Shown here: positions 36,058-46,738 of the stretch, piece by piece | Layout of the letters: the number at the start of each line of letters is the position of its first letter | Numbering within the stretch: the stretch's first letter is position 1 | From: Candidatus Micrarchaeota archaeon | GTDB taxonomy: Archaea; Micrarchaeota; Micrarchaeia; Anstonellales; Bilamarchaeaceae | NCBI GenBank assembly: GCA_043821365.1 | Contig: JBDRCX010000006.1 | Coordinates: 64,001-128,000 of the forward strand | DNA: 64,000 nucleotides | Reading direction: 5' to 3' | Notes under the pieces: model-generated | Told to the model about the DNA's origin: nothing | Database searches by the model: none | What the model saw: only the letters and a program-made list of their open reading frames with translations | Made by a program: the position numbers and the translations under genes

Positions 36058-36801
36058 CTAAAATTCCAACTGAACAGAATTTCTTAATTCACCAAATTCA
36101 GTTGAATAAATAGTAACTTTATCGCCAGCCTGTGCATAGCAACGTTTTGGTAATATTAATCCAGTCCCTGCTAGGATAATTGTTCCTTTTGGCAAGAAAC
36201 CATCTTGACCAATAGTTATTCTTTTTGATTGTGGCAGCGGCCCCAACTGAAGTAGTTCCTCCCTACGTGCAAATATTAATTCTGGAAATTCAGCAAACTC
36301 TCTTAATCTCTGAGAAGTGGAATATGAATTATCATATATGGTGCTTCCATCTCTAATTATTCTTAGTCCGATTTCAATTTCATTCACATTTCCAACCTTA
36401 CTGGCACGGTAAAATCTCGTTCCAATGCTACAACTTCCTGGCCAACACTTTCCAAAATAAGTTGGATCATAATCTGTTTTTGATCTTTCGAATTCAATAT
36501 TCGCTGCAGTAAGATCATTTGCTAGAGCATATGCAACTATAGTATGTTTTGGACCAAGTAATAATGCAAGTTCAGGTTCATACCAATGATCAGTTTGTTT
36601 GCCAGTTTCTGGATGTTTTCTTAATACTAAAGACCCACCACCACGAATAATATCCTCTGGATTTTCTACTTTTTTGAAATAGGAAAATGCATCTTTTCCT
36701 TTGTGTGAACTATGATCTGCACGATCTTTTGCAAAAGAATCTCTAACTGCAAGACTAACTCGGTATGTATATGCACATCCAATAACTTGAATAATTCTCA
36801 T
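36058..36801 (-). CDS. Fumarylacetoacetate hydrolase (FAH) superfamily protein
   Basis: WYEPELAL, AYALANDLTA, GKCWPGSCSIG, GTIILAGTG; start moved to ATG 36801, which follows GGTGA. Confidence 0.75.
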   Translation of the reverse strand: MRIIQVIGCAYTYRVSLAVRDSFAKDRADHSSHKGKDAFSYFKKVENPEDIIRGGGSLVLRKHPETGKQTDHWYEPELALLLGPKHTIVAYALANDLTAANIEFERSKTDYDPTYFGKCWPGSCSIGTRFYRASKVGNVNEIEIGLRIIRDGSTIYDNSYSTSQRLREFAEFPELIFARREELLQLGPLPQSKRITIGQDGFLPKGTIILAGTGLILPKRCYAQAGDKVTIYSTEFGELRNSVQLEF

Positions 36802-36805
36802 TTTA

Positions 36806-38020
36806 TCACCTTCCAAATTTTGCAACCAACTTGTCTCGTATCTGGTCTTTTTTTCTAAGAAGAGCAAGATCATGTTTTCTAATCCAATCATTTGCTTTTG
36901 ATTGGTCTAGAATACCTTGTTCAACAAGTATTCTGGTGTTTGTTAGCCTGCCAGTTAGATGAGCAGTTATTTGTGCTAATCCTGGCGCCACCAATTCATC
37001 TGAGCCAAAACAAATAGTGTGTAAAGCCATGTTCCTCTCATGAGCTGCTTTGACCAGGCTCTTTGTTTTGATTTCTTCTAAAGTTGTTGCAAGCACAATT
37101 TCAACGTCGCCTTTTCTTCCGTTGTCTTGAACCTCTATTGCTTGATTGAAACCACAACCCCCATCATTACCAACTCCAGTCATATGACAGGGAAGTAAGC
37201 CTGAGAGAACTAGATTCGACCAAATTTCTCTTGTTTCATCTCTAGCATCCCAAACCAGATTGTGTGCCATATGCTCTGCAGGGGCAACCAACAACCCATC
37301 AGTTGCATCAACTCTTACAATTGCCCTTTGTTTGAAAGCAGAGACAATATCTTCAACAATTTTTAGAAGTAATTCTGGCTCGATAATTCTTACTACTCCA
37401 TCAACTAATTTTTCTAAATAAATTTCTCTGGTTGTTTCTATTGATTCCGATTTGCCTGATAATAGAAGACCAACCTGTCTTGCAAGTATAAGCAAAGTTG
37501 CAATTGTAACTTCCTCTAGTTTTTGTTGGTCTTGAAGAGGAATGATAATGAGATGGTCTGGAACGTTTTGTTTTGTAATTAACCCATTTGCACTTATTGA
37601 GACGGTTCTGGCACCAGATTTCCTAGAAAGTGCTGACGCGCCCAAGATATTGCATGAGTTTCCGCTTGCACTAACCAAAATTACAAGATCTCCTTTTCTG
37701 GCTCTTCTGGTAAGTATATGGTCGAATAATGATTCGCTTCTTCTGGATAGGATTCCATCAAGTTTTGGATTGCCAAAACTACCAAATTTAATAGTAGGAT
37801 CAACTTCTCGTTCAAGAGCAAAAAGGAATGAATCAGCCTCTGCGTGGCTGCCTCCATTTCCAAAGGCAAAAATATTTCCATTAGCACTTATTGTTTGGAC
37901 AATATCATGAATGATTGGAATTAGAGAGTGATTGCAAACTTCCCTTAGACCTGCCACCACATCTTGGACATATTCTTGTATAAATATACCGAGATCTTTT
38001 TCGAATTGTGGTGGGAACAT
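36806..38020 (-). CDS. Tandem SIS-domain protein (GmhA/DiaA-like)
   Basis: FAFGNGGSHAEA, LVSASGNSCNI; second degenerate SIS repeat (HMAHNL...GVGNDG...GRKGDV). Confidence 0.7.
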   Translation of the reverse strand: MFPPQFEKDLGIFIQEYVQDVVAGLREVCNHSLIPIIHDIVQTISANGNIFAFGNGGSHAEADSFLFALEREVDPTIKFGSFGNPKLDGILSRRSESLFDHILTRRARKGDLVILVSASGNSCNILGASALSRKSGARTVSISANGLITKQNVPDHLIIIPLQDQQKLEEVTIATLLILARQVGLLLSGKSESIETTREIYLEKLVDGVVRIIEPELLLKIVEDIVSAFKQRAIVRVDATDGLLVAPAEHMAHNLVWDARDETREIWSNLVLSGLLPCHMTGVGNDGGCGFNQAIEVQDNGRKGDVEIVLATTLEEIKTKSLVKAAHERNMALHTICFGSDELVAPGLAQITAHLTGRLTNTRILVEQGILDQSKANDWIRKHDLALLRKKDQIRDKLVAKFGR

Positions 38021-38116
38021 ATGTTTACTAATGTATTTTCTTATATATTAAATATGTTAATAAAAAATTACACAAAATGAAAATATTTATATATTAAATT
38101 GCAAATAGAGTAAAAT

Positions 38117-39103
38117 ATGAAGAAATATGGGCTTGATTTATTAGATAGAAAGATACTTTATGAACTTGATAAGAACAGTAGGATGACATTCAAACAGCTT
38201 GGGAAAAAAATAGGCATATCAAAAGAAACTGCAACTTTTAGAGTAAAACGCCTAGTAAAAAACAAGTATATCAAAAATTTTATAACGACAATTCATACTT
38301 CGAATCTGAATCGTTTTTACTATAAACTTTTTTACAAATTTTATGGTACAACACCTGAAATAGATAGGGAGATTGTTGATTATATACAAAATTATCAATC
38401 AGTTGCTTATTTTGCAAGTTCAGAAGGTAGATATGACGTGCTATTCTTGATACTTGCAAAAGATATGAGAGATTTATATAAATTTTTAGTTCTGTTTAGA
38501 GAAAGATTTGGAGGTTATATATTAGAACAGGAAATTGTTACTCTGCCATCAGTACATAGGTTTAATTTTAGGTTTTTTTACGAAGACGGAGAACTCCTGC
38601 ATACAAAATATCCTGTTGAATTAGTGGAACCTAGGATAGACGAAATGGATTACAAGATAATATCAGAAATAGCAAAAAATGCCCGTATTTCATTAACAGA
38701 AATTGCAAAGATAACAAAAACAGACATTAATGTGATTAAATATAGAATGAACAAATTGAAAAAATCAAATATAATTGGTACTCATGTATTAGAGATAAAT
38801 TTTGAGAAGTTCGGCCTCCAACAAATACAAATAGGGTATACATTGAAGAATCACAAATCAATAAACAAAATGATAGAATATGTTGCACAGAACCCAAAAT
38901 CAACATTTGCAACAGTTATGTTAGGAAAGTACGATCTTGCAGTTGAATTCTTTGTAGAGAATATGGAAGAACTTCGTAGGATAATGAATGGGATAAAAAA
39001 AGAGTTCTCAGGAGATATCACAAATCATGATGTTTTCATACTAAAAGAACACACCCTGAACTGGTTCCCATATAAGCTTGGTAATTTTGAAACTAAGGAA
39101 TAA
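38117..39103 (+). CDS. Tandem Lrp/AsnC-family regulator
   Basis: Two repeats: LDRKILYEL.KNSR and MDYKIISEIAKNAR, each followed by a RAM-like segment (GRYD / GKYD). Confidence 0.9.
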   Translation: MKKYGLDLLDRKILYELDKNSRMTFKQLGKKIGISKETATFRVKRLVKNKYIKNFITTIHTSNLNRFYYKLFYKFYGTTPEIDREIVDYIQNYQSVAYFASSEGRYDVLFLILAKDMRDLYKFLVLFRERFGGYILEQEIVTLPSVHRFNFRFFYEDGELLHTKYPVELVEPRIDEMDYKIISEIAKNARISLTEIAKITKTDINVIKYRMNKLKKSNIIGTHVLEINFEKFGLQQIQIGYTLKNHKSINKMIEYVAQNPKSTFATVMLGKYDLAVEFFVENMEELRRIMNGIKKEFSGDITNHDVFILKEHTLNWFPYKLGNFETKE

Positions 39104-39147
39104 AAACACTAGCAATGAAGTGAATATGGATACAAAAAGAACAGTGT

Positions 39148-39558
39148 GTGATAGGTATGGTTAGATATGTTTTCAATGAATTCTCAATAGAGTGGCTTAA
39201 AGAACAAAAATTCACAGATTATGAGATAGATGATGCTCAAAATCTATTGAATAAGGTTGAAGCACAGAGAGACAATAAAGAACTAATTAAGAGGCTCGTG
39301 CAGGGAAAAAGTCCAAGAATAGATGCAATAATTTCATTGCTTAGTTCAATAACAGATGCAGAAGGAAGACCAATTTGTTTTGAAGATAATGGAATGATAG
39401 ACATACCAGACGAAGCACGAGAATATTTTGAGCATGATTTGGAGTTTGAAGAATTAGATATATTTGTCGGCAAACTAAAGAACATAAAATTTGCAAAACG
39501 ATTCTCATACCCAAAAAGAAGAAGTGACAAAAAAGGAGAACGACACAAATCGCTTTAA
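39148..39558 (+). CDS. Hypothetical protein
   Basis: 136-aa ORF filling the gap between genes; no motif recognised. Confidence 0.6.
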   Translation: MIGMVRYVFNEFSIEWLKEQKFTDYEIDDAQNLLNKVEAQRDNKELIKRLVQGKSPRIDAIISLLSSITDAEGRPICFEDNGMIDIPDEAREYFEHDLEFEELDIFVGKLKNIKFAKRFSYPKRRSDKKGERHKSL

Positions 39559-39845
39559 CGAATAATTACAAATCCTTTGAATTTTTCTTCTGACTCAATC
39601 CAAGCATATTCCAGTTCAGAGACATCTGCACCAGATGGTCCGTGATAACACCATTCAAGTAATTTTTCTAATCCTTGTCTGTCTCCTTGAGCCATTATCT
39701 CTACTGATCCATCTTCCCTATTTTTTACCCAGCCAGTTAGACCAAGTTTAAGTGCCATGGTCTGAGTATTGGCTCGGAAGAAAACTCCTTGCACATGACC
39801 AAAAACTTGAATGATAATTGTTTGAAACATAAAAGGAATAGACAA
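39555..39845 (-). CDS. acyP: Acylphosphatase
   Basis: GHVQGVFFR, GWVKNREDGSVEI, GPSGA.V. Confidence 0.93.
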   Translation of the reverse strand: MSIPFMFQTIIIQVFGHVQGVFFRANTQTMALKLGLTGWVKNREDGSVEIMAQGDRQGLEKLLEWCYHGPSGADVSELEYAWIESEEKFKGFVIIR

Positions 39846-39882
39846 AAAAACACTAAAAATATGAGTGTGGGAATTTAATTAT

Positions 39883-41418
39883 CTACATAGCTGTTCTCAA
39901 ATCAAGAAACGCACCATTAAGATTAGAAAGTATTTCTTTACCAACCTCAGTAGAAGGATCTGTGTTTATTGACATTGCATCATCTTTAGTTCTTCCTTTA
40001 GAACCACTACCAAATCTGCGTAAAAGATCAACTGATTCCAGATAGGCTAGAAAAGTTTTTGGTGAAACACTACAATGTCTTGAAATACTTGAACGGATTT
40101 TAGGCCCTTGATAATGTGAAAATCCAACAGCTCCACCTCCGCTTCCCTTACCAAAATCAAATCCTTTACAAATACCAAATACAACATCTCTTGATGTTAA
40201 TCCAGCAGCACGAATATGTTCATCAGTAGCAGAAGAAAATGAAATACTACCTAAAAATTCCTCTTTGGAAGCAAATCCATTTGAACCTGTAGAATCAGAA
40301 GGTAGTTGAACCGACTTGTGTTTATCTCTGCGTATGCAATGTAGTCTGTATCTTTTGACTATCTTATCAAAATCCCTGGTGCCATTGTTTATACGAGTTA
40401 CATAAAAACTTGCTGGAATTGATTCTTTTTCAAGTCTGCGTACAAGATCTTTTAGCAAACGATTATTGGCACGTCTTTCACGAATTTGTTGGATTTCGCT
40501 TGGGCTTGGATGGGTTGCAAGATGATAAAGTCCTGGAAACTCCCTACGAACACACTTGAGTTCCTCTTTTTCAGTTCTTTTTGGAGATGCGGTTGGATCA
40601 ACCCAATATGCTTCTGCAGCTATGCTCAATACCTTGGGAGGTTCAAGATCTTCCCATTGGGTACGCAATTCTGCAAATGCTTGTCGATATACAATTTTAC
40701 GCTTTTCTAACCTTAATTGTTTACGCTTTGCATCTGTAGAAGCTGCACGTGTTCTTCTTTCGATATCGCAGAGTTTCTTAAATCGATCATCATAGTTAGG
40801 ATTAGCAAGGTAAAGAAGTGCATCTAACGAACATGTCTCCATACAAATATCTATTAAAGTGCGCATTAGGTATACAGAGACTACTGAATGTACCAACATA
40901 TCAACTCTATCTGCCAAGCGTGGATCTGATAAACTAGGTGGGTGATCTGCAGACGTAGTTAGGTATGCTTCTAGAATTACATTCTGACCTATATCTGAGC
41001 GTAAACGAGTTAGATCAATAGTAGACAGGGAATCTATAACACCTCTGCTAAGTGTAAGGAACAATTCATTAGATTCTGTATTTGCTTCTCTGAGAAGAGG
41101 GTGAATAAAGTTTGAACACATCATCTTTTTTATTTGAGTTGGCATTAGCTCTTCATAACCTACGCCTGATTTGAGTAATGAGAGTGCTCTAGCAAGAGTC
41201 TGGACCGAAGTATCACCTCCAGGTACTAATTTTACACTACCTGAAAGTCTTGGAAATCTAGACCAGAAAAACCTTGGGAGTTGAAAACCAATGTCAGCCC
41301 TCTGCATAAATGTTTGTATGCCAGCCAATGCGTCTAAAGCTGGAGCCATTTTGATAAAGGTTTTTCCAGTTAATTGTTCTTGTTTTGCAGTTTTTAACCA
41401 TTGACGCATAAGGATCAC
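39883..41418 (-). CDS. Hypothetical protein (orphan)
   Basis: 511-aa open frame; no motif recognised. Confidence 0.7.
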   Translation of the reverse strand: MILMRQWLKTAKQEQLTGKTFIKMAPALDALAGIQTFMQRADIGFQLPRFFWSRFPRLSGSVKLVPGGDTSVQTLARALSLLKSGVGYEELMPTQIKKMMCSNFIHPLLREANTESNELFLTLSRGVIDSLSTIDLTRLRSDIGQNVILEAYLTTSADHPPSLSDPRLADRVDMLVHSVVSVYLMRTLIDICMETCSLDALLYLANPNYDDRFKKLCDIERRTRAASTDAKRKQLRLEKRKIVYRQAFAELRTQWEDLEPPKVLSIAAEAYWVDPTASPKRTEKEELKCVRREFPGLYHLATHPSPSEIQQIRERRANNRLLKDLVRRLEKESIPASFYVTRINNGTRDFDKIVKRYRLHCIRRDKHKSVQLPSDSTGSNGFASKEEFLGSISFSSATDEHIRAAGLTSRDVVFGICKGFDFGKGSGGGAVGFSHYQGPKIRSSISRHCSVSPKTFLAYLESVDLLRRFGSGSKGRTKDDAMSINTDPSTEVGKEILSNLNGAFLDLRTAM

Positions 41419-41541
41419 TAAGCCATAAGTTTACTTGTGTTTAAAAATGGTTGAAATAGTTTTTAAGGATATGTCACACCACCTGATAAAATTCTTAGGC
41501 ATACCTTTAAAACCATTTTCTGACACTACTAGCATGGGTAA

Positions 41542-42708
41542 TTGTTAGTGGGTGGACAACGATTAAGCTTAGCCTATAGAAAAAATGATATAGATCCTAA
41601 ATCATTGGCTAGAGTAATTGCTGGAACACAGAGGTATAAATTTGGAAATTTATTAACAAAAGAACCACCCCCAATAGTGGCACAGATTAGAGATTTTGAA
41701 AGTGAAAGAACTCAAAGAAAATTTAATAGAGAGCTATGGGACAGTGCTGAACAAGGAAGCCTGGAGCGTGTTAAAAGAGCATTAGGGGATGGTGCTGAAA
41801 TAAATACACATGATGAACTAAAAGAAACTGCATTGATGAAAGCTAAGCATGAATTTCATGCTAGAAGCACTGGGCCTTTAGACAAATTGAGAATGATCAT
41901 AGTCATAGCATACTTGAAAGAAGCAGGTGCAACGATAACACACGAAGAAGAGAACATAGTAAATAAAAAAGGAAAGAAAGAAACGCTTGGTGCTTTTGCT
42001 CTTGATAAATTAAAAGAAATAGGAATTGGCATTGGAACAACTATGGTAGCAATTCCCACTGTTTTAGCAGGAATAATGCTGTTTGCATTCGGAGGAATGC
42101 AAGGTGGAATGGGATTGATGACATTTCCATTTGAAATTGTATATGGTGACTTAAAAGAATTTGGAGATATGATGATTAAACTTCCAAACATTCCTTTAAG
42201 CGTTGGGGGAATTCTGATGGGTACGTGTGCTGCTACAATAATTGGTGTTGGAGTTTTTGCAACTGAAAAGTTATTTAGTAGTAAGAATAAAATTGATGAT
42301 TTTGTTAATGAAACAGTAAACGTATTTGCCACTGTTGGTAAAGCACTCGGAGTCGCATGTTCATATTCTGGATTTTACCTTGGTACAATTGCAAATTTAG
42401 CTTATATTGCAGAACATGGAAAAATATCAAAGGAAGGATTCGCCCTCATTAGTTTGAGTGCAATAGGACGCAGTTTATCAAGAGCATTTATAAGACGAGA
42501 AGAAAATGAAAAAACAAATACTGATTTTCACATAAGATGGATAAAAGAAGCATCACGTGATCTTGCAATAATAACTGGTATTGCAACTTTAGGTGGTGCA
42601 GCAATAGCATATGCAACCGGAGTAAGTATGGTACTACATACTGTATTAGTGCCTGCTGCGATTGTTTGTATTGGTTATGGAGCAATAAAATTAGCAACAA
42701 AAAATTAA
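41542..42708 (+). CDS. Ankyrin-like repeat protein with multiple TM helices
   Basis: LWDSAEQGSLERVKRALGDGAEIN.....ETALMKA; several Gly-rich hydrophobic segments; start uncertain. Confidence 0.65.
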   Translation: MLVGGQRLSLAYRKNDIDPKSLARVIAGTQRYKFGNLLTKEPPPIVAQIRDFESERTQRKFNRELWDSAEQGSLERVKRALGDGAEINTHDELKETALMKAKHEFHARSTGPLDKLRMIIVIAYLKEAGATITHEEENIVNKKGKKETLGAFALDKLKEIGIGIGTTMVAIPTVLAGIMLFAFGGMQGGMGLMTFPFEIVYGDLKEFGDMMIKLPNIPLSVGGILMGTCAATIIGVGVFATEKLFSSKNKIDDFVNETVNVFATVGKALGVACSYSGFYLGTIANLAYIAEHGKISKEGFALISLSAIGRSLSRAFIRREENEKTNTDFHIRWIKEASRDLAIITGIATLGGAAIAYATGVSMVLHTVLVPAAIVCIGYGAIKLATKN

Positions 42709-42723
42709 AAATAAAAAATAAGA

Positions 42724-44373
42724 TTAACCCATCATGTCGCCCATACCAGGACCGCCTGGTGGCATTCCACCACCTCGACCTCCTCCTCTTGAGCTAATGA
42801 TATCATCAATTCTGAGAATTAATCTGGCAGTTTCAGTTGCTGAAACAATTGCTTGCTTCTTAACTTTTGCTGGTTCAAATATTCCAGCTGATTTCAAATC
42901 AGCAACTTTACCATGTAGAACATCAACACCAACTGTTTTCCCAGTTGCTTCTTTATGCTTTGTTCTGAGAGAAACAATTGTATCAATAACATCCATACCT
43001 GCATTTTCAGCCAATGCTCTTGGAATTGATTCTAATGCTTCTGCAAATGCTTGAATGGCTAGTTGTTCTCTGCCGCCAATGTGAGTTGCATAGTTATGGA
43101 CTTCTTTGCTTATTTCCATTTCTACACTACCGCCACCAACAACATATTTACCATCTTGTAGGGCACTGGCAACTGCACCACGTGCATCAACAACTGCTCT
43201 TTCGACTTCACTGACAACATGGTCAGTTCCACCACGAACAAATACAGTAACAGATTTTGGATCTTTGCACTTTTCAACAAAAACCATTGATTCGCCAGAG
43301 ACTTTCTTCTCTTCAACAAGACCAGCATTACCAAGGTCTGTATCTTTAAGATCTTCAAGAGTTGAAACAACCATAGCACCAGTTGCGCGAGAAAGTTTTT
43401 CCATGTCGCTTTTTTTCACTCTTCGTACTGCTGTAATTCCTTTCTTTGAAAGGAAATGTTGTACAAGATCATCAATGCCTTTTTGACAGAAGATAACATT
43501 TGCTTTAACTGCAGCAATTTTATCAACCATATCCCTCATCATTTTTTCTTCTTGTTGTAGGAATGCTTCCATTTTATCTGGGGATGTTATTTCGATTTTT
43601 GCATCTGTTTCTGTTTTCTCAATTTCAAGTGCTGCATCCAAAAGAAGGATTTTTGCATTCTTCACTGATTTTGGCATGCCGGCATGAACCACTTCCTTGT
43701 CAACCAATACACCACGGATAAGTTCAGTATCAAGAACTTCGCCGCCTGCCTTCTTTTCAATTTTTATTAAATCAAGATCAACCTTAGTTTTGCCTTCATT
43801 TGTTTCAGCAACCTGCATAACTGCTTCAGCCATTAAAGTAGCGATTTTCTTCTTTTCATCTTCACTACCAATGCCTTTTGAACCCATTGAAACAAGTGCA
43901 ATTTTTACCAAGACTTCTTTGTCGGTGGGTAACACTGGTTCTGAGATTTTTGCAAGTGCTTCTTCGGCTTTCTTAGCAGAAAGTTCATAACCCTTAATTA
44001 TAACTGTTGGGTGTATGTTTTGATCTAAAAGTTCACCTGCTTTTCTAAGTAGATTACCGGCTATAACTACACTGGTGGTAGTTCCATCTCCAACTTCCTT
44101 ATCTTGAGTTTTTGCAACTTCAACCATAAGCTTTGCAGCTGGATGATCAACATTCATTTCTTCAAGAACAGTTCTACCGTCATTTGTTATTACAATGTCG
44201 CCCAAATCAGAAACAAGCATCTTGTCCATACCTTTTGGACCAAGGGTTGTTTTGATTATGTTAGCCACTGCATACCCTATGGCAATGTTAATTCGCATTG
44301 CATCTCTTCCAATAACTCTCTGGGCCCCTTCTGGGAGCACATATGTTTGTTCACCACTTACTTGTTTGCTCAT
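42724..44373 (-). CDS. ths: Thermosome (group II chaperonin) subunit
   Basis: [25 protein letters not shown]-terminal GGM repeats. Confidence 0.97.
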   Translation of the reverse strand: MSKQVSGEQTYVLPEGAQRVIGRDAMRINIAIGYAVANIIKTTLGPKGMDKMLVSDLGDIVITNDGRTVLEEMNVDHPAAKLMVEVAKTQDKEVGDGTTTSVVIAGNLLRKAGELLDQNIHPTVIIKGYELSAKKAEEALAKISEPVLPTDKEVLVKIALVSMGSKGIGSEDEKKKIATLMAEAVMQVAETNEGKTKVDLDLIKIEKKAGGEVLDTELIRGVLVDKEVVHAGMPKSVKNAKILLLDAALEIEKTETDAKIEITSPDKMEAFLQQEEKMMRDMVDKIAAVKANVIFCQKGIDDLVQHFLSKKGITAVRRVKKSDMEKLSRATGAMVVSTLEDLKDTDLGNAGLVEEKKVSGESMVFVEKCKDPKSVTVFVRGGTDHVVSEVERAVVDARGAVASALQDGKYVVGGGSVEMEISKEVHNYATHIGGREQLAIQAFAEALESIPRALAENAGMDVIDTIVSLRTKHKEATGKTVGVDVLHGKVADLKSAGIFEPAKVKKQAIVSATETARLILRIDDIISSRGGGRGGGMPPGGPGMGDMMG

Positions 44374-44377
44374 AGCT

Positions 44378-44454
44378 ACACCTCATAAAAATTCTTATTT
44401 TTATTAAGTCGAACAACGTTCGACACCTCATAAAAATTTCATTTTATTATTAAG
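44378..44454. repeat. Imperfect ~31-bp direct repeat flanking a GTCGAAC/GTTCGAC hairpin
   Basis: ACACCTCATAAAAATT at 44378 and 44423; hairpin at 44408-44424. Confidence 0.8.
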
Positions 44455-44593
44455 TAAAAATGCTAGTGCATTTTTACACCTCTAATTAAGCATAGTTTTT
44501 AGACTATCAAAATGAGTTGAGATCAAATATGTATCGAAAATGTTTAAAAAACTAGCTAAGGCAGGCGCTAAAAACCTTTTGACCCAGAATACC

Positions 44594-44647
44594 TTTGTTT
44601 ATCTATAGATAATGAGGTGCGGAACATTGGTTCCGCAAGTGAACAAA
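44594..44647. repeat. Nested palindromic element
   Basis: TTTGTT...AACAAA ends enclosing ATCTATAGAT and GAGG-TGCGGAAC/GTTCCGCA (44618-44637). Confidence 0.6.
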
Positions 44648-44700
44648 AATGGATTGGAATTTTTTGGAAAAAATTTCAAGTATTGAAAATGTGATTTTCA

Positions 44701-46020
44701 ATGGATTTAGGTAAAAAACTCAGAGAAGCATTGGCAAAACTCACCAATAGGCCATATGTTGACGAAAATGATGTCAGAGCATTGATAAAGGACCTTCAAC
44801 GGGTGCTGATATCATCTGATGTCAGTGTAAAGCTAGTATTTGCCTTATCAAAAAGAATCGAAGAAAGAGCATTAAAATCAAAAAAGATGGACGCACTTAC
44901 ACTCAAGGAACACGTCACTAAAATTGTCTATGAAGAACTTGTGTCATTAATGGGAGAAAGTTACACTGCAAGATTGGATAAACACAAAATCCTCATGTCT
45001 GGACTTTATGGTAGTGGTAAAACAACCTCTTGCGCCAAGCTTGCACATTTCTATAAAACAAAAGGCTTGAGTGTTGGTCTTGTGGCAGCAGATACTGATA
45101 GACCTGCAGCACAGGAACAATTAGAACAGCTTTCCAAAACAGTTGGAACTGCTTTTTATACGATTAAAGGAGAGAAAAACCCGGCAAAAATTGTAAAAGA
45201 TGCGCTGAAAAAAGCAAAAGAAGACGTAATAATCGTAGACTCTGCTGGAAGAAGTGCATTTGACGGACATTTGGTAGAAGAACTAAGGGAAATTGCAGAT
45301 GTATTAAAACCAGAAGAATGTTACCTTGTTATAAGTGCTGATCTTGGACAAATTGCAGGCAAACAAGCAACAGAATTCAATGCAGCTGTTCCTCTTTCTG
45401 GTGTTTTTGTTACCAAGATGGATGGTTCAGGTAAAGGGGGGGGAGCATTAAGTTCAGTTGCAGCATCCAATGCAAAAATTTCATTTGTTGGTATTGGGGA
45501 AAAATCATCTGACATTGAAGTGTATAATTCTGAAAAATTTGTTGGTAGGCTTTTGGGTGTTCCTGATATCGGAGCCTTAATGGAAAAGATAAAAGAAATA
45601 TCAAAAGAAACTGACCTTAAAAAAATAGAATCAGAAGAACTTACAATTGAATCTTTTTATGAACAATTGAAAGCAGCTAAAAAACTAGGTCCACTTAGTA
45701 GTGTTTTCTCAATGATAGGTGCTGTTGATGTACCAAAAGAAATGGTACAACAAAGTGAGGACAAGCTGAAGAAATTTGAATGTATGATAAATTCGATGAC
45801 AAAGCAGGAAAAAAAAGATGCAAAGATATTGAAAAATAATGCAAATAGGATAGCAAGGATTGCAAAAGGAAGCGGTTGTACAGAAAAAGAAGTCAGAGAA
45901 TTTTTATCTCAATTTGAAAAGATGGAAAAAATGATGAATATGTTTAAGCACAACCGTGGATTTAGAAAAAAGATGGAAAAAATGATGCAAGGCGGAAATG
46001 TTAATCTTCCTAACATGTAA
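44701..46020 (+). CDS. srp54: Signal recognition particle protein SRP54
   Basis: GLYGSGKTT, DTDRPAA, DSAGR, TKMDG; Met-rich M domain with RIARIAKGSG. Confidence 0.97.
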   Translation: MDLGKKLREALAKLTNRPYVDENDVRALIKDLQRVLISSDVSVKLVFALSKRIEERALKSKKMDALTLKEHVTKIVYEELVSLMGESYTARLDKHKILMSGLYGSGKTTSCAKLAHFYKTKGLSVGLVAADTDRPAAQEQLEQLSKTVGTAFYTIKGEKNPAKIVKDALKKAKEDVIIVDSAGRSAFDGHLVEELREIADVLKPEECYLVISADLGQIAGKQATEFNAAVPLSGVFVTKMDGSGKGGGALSSVAASNAKISFVGIGEKSSDIEVYNSEKFVGRLLGVPDIGALMEKIKEISKETDLKKIESEELTIESFYEQLKAAKKLGPLSSVFSMIGAVDVPKEMVQQSEDKLKKFECMINSMTKQEKKDAKILKNNANRIARIAKGSGCTEKEVREFLSQFEKMEKMMNMFKHNRGFRKKMEKMMQGGNVNLPNM

Positions 46021-46052
46021 ATGAGATTGTTTTAAGTATTGTAATTCAATAT

Positions 46053-46577
46053 TTAACTGGATTTTTTGATAATTTTCTTTGCCTCGGAGGATAGCATACA
46101 ACCTTTCTTCTGAAGGAAAATTAATACTCCTTTTAGAATTTGTTGATTTGGAACAATGGCAACATAAATTAGATCATACTCCCTGAAGTAAAGTTGTATT
46201 TTTGGTTCCGAAAGAGTATGTGCCTCAACTTTCTCGATCTCAGTATACCCCCTCTTAGAAAGACTGAAGGATAGGAACCTGCCTTCTAGATATTCCAAAT
46301 AGGTATCATAAAAGACCATTTTAGGATTTATATTATTCAATAGAAAGAACACTGGAGTATAACCTTTCCTTCTTTTAATCGAAGAAGCAACTAGTGGAAC
46401 AACCATCTTACTATGTTCGAATTTTAGTTCTTTTTTATTAATTTCTGATGATCTTTTTAACTGGAATAAGAGATAGAATAATATTAGTAGGCCAAATAAA
46501 AGAAATGGACAAATACATTGGAGGGAGTAGAGAAACGAGGATATTAGTGTGAACCAATCACCATATGCTAAAACCAT
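46053..46577 (-). CDS. Hypothetical membrane protein
   Basis: Hydrophobic N-terminus; no family recognised. Confidence 0.6.
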   Translation of the reverse strand: MVLAYGDWFTLISSFLYSLQCICPFLLFGLLILFYLLFQLKRSSEINKKELKFEHSKMVVPLVASSIKRRKGYTPVFFLLNNINPKMVFYDTYLEYLEGRFLSFSLSKRGYTEIEKVEAHTLSEPKIQLYFREYDLIYVAIVPNQQILKGVLIFLQKKGCMLSSEAKKIIKKSS

Positions 46578-46738
46578 GATAAAAAATAAGAAGATAAATT
46601 ATATATTACAACCCAGAATTAGAATAACAACGCTTTGTACAACAATTAACCACATTTTTGTGCAGGATTTGGTTTTGCTATATTTATTGTGCAAAGCCAA
46701 TAACAACTTTTATAAACACTTTCTAACACAACCAAACT

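Noticed and set aside
42734-44407. Antisense ORFs over the thermosome, and similar shadow ORFs throughout
   Set aside because: Opposite-strand shadows of well-supported genes, with no motifs.
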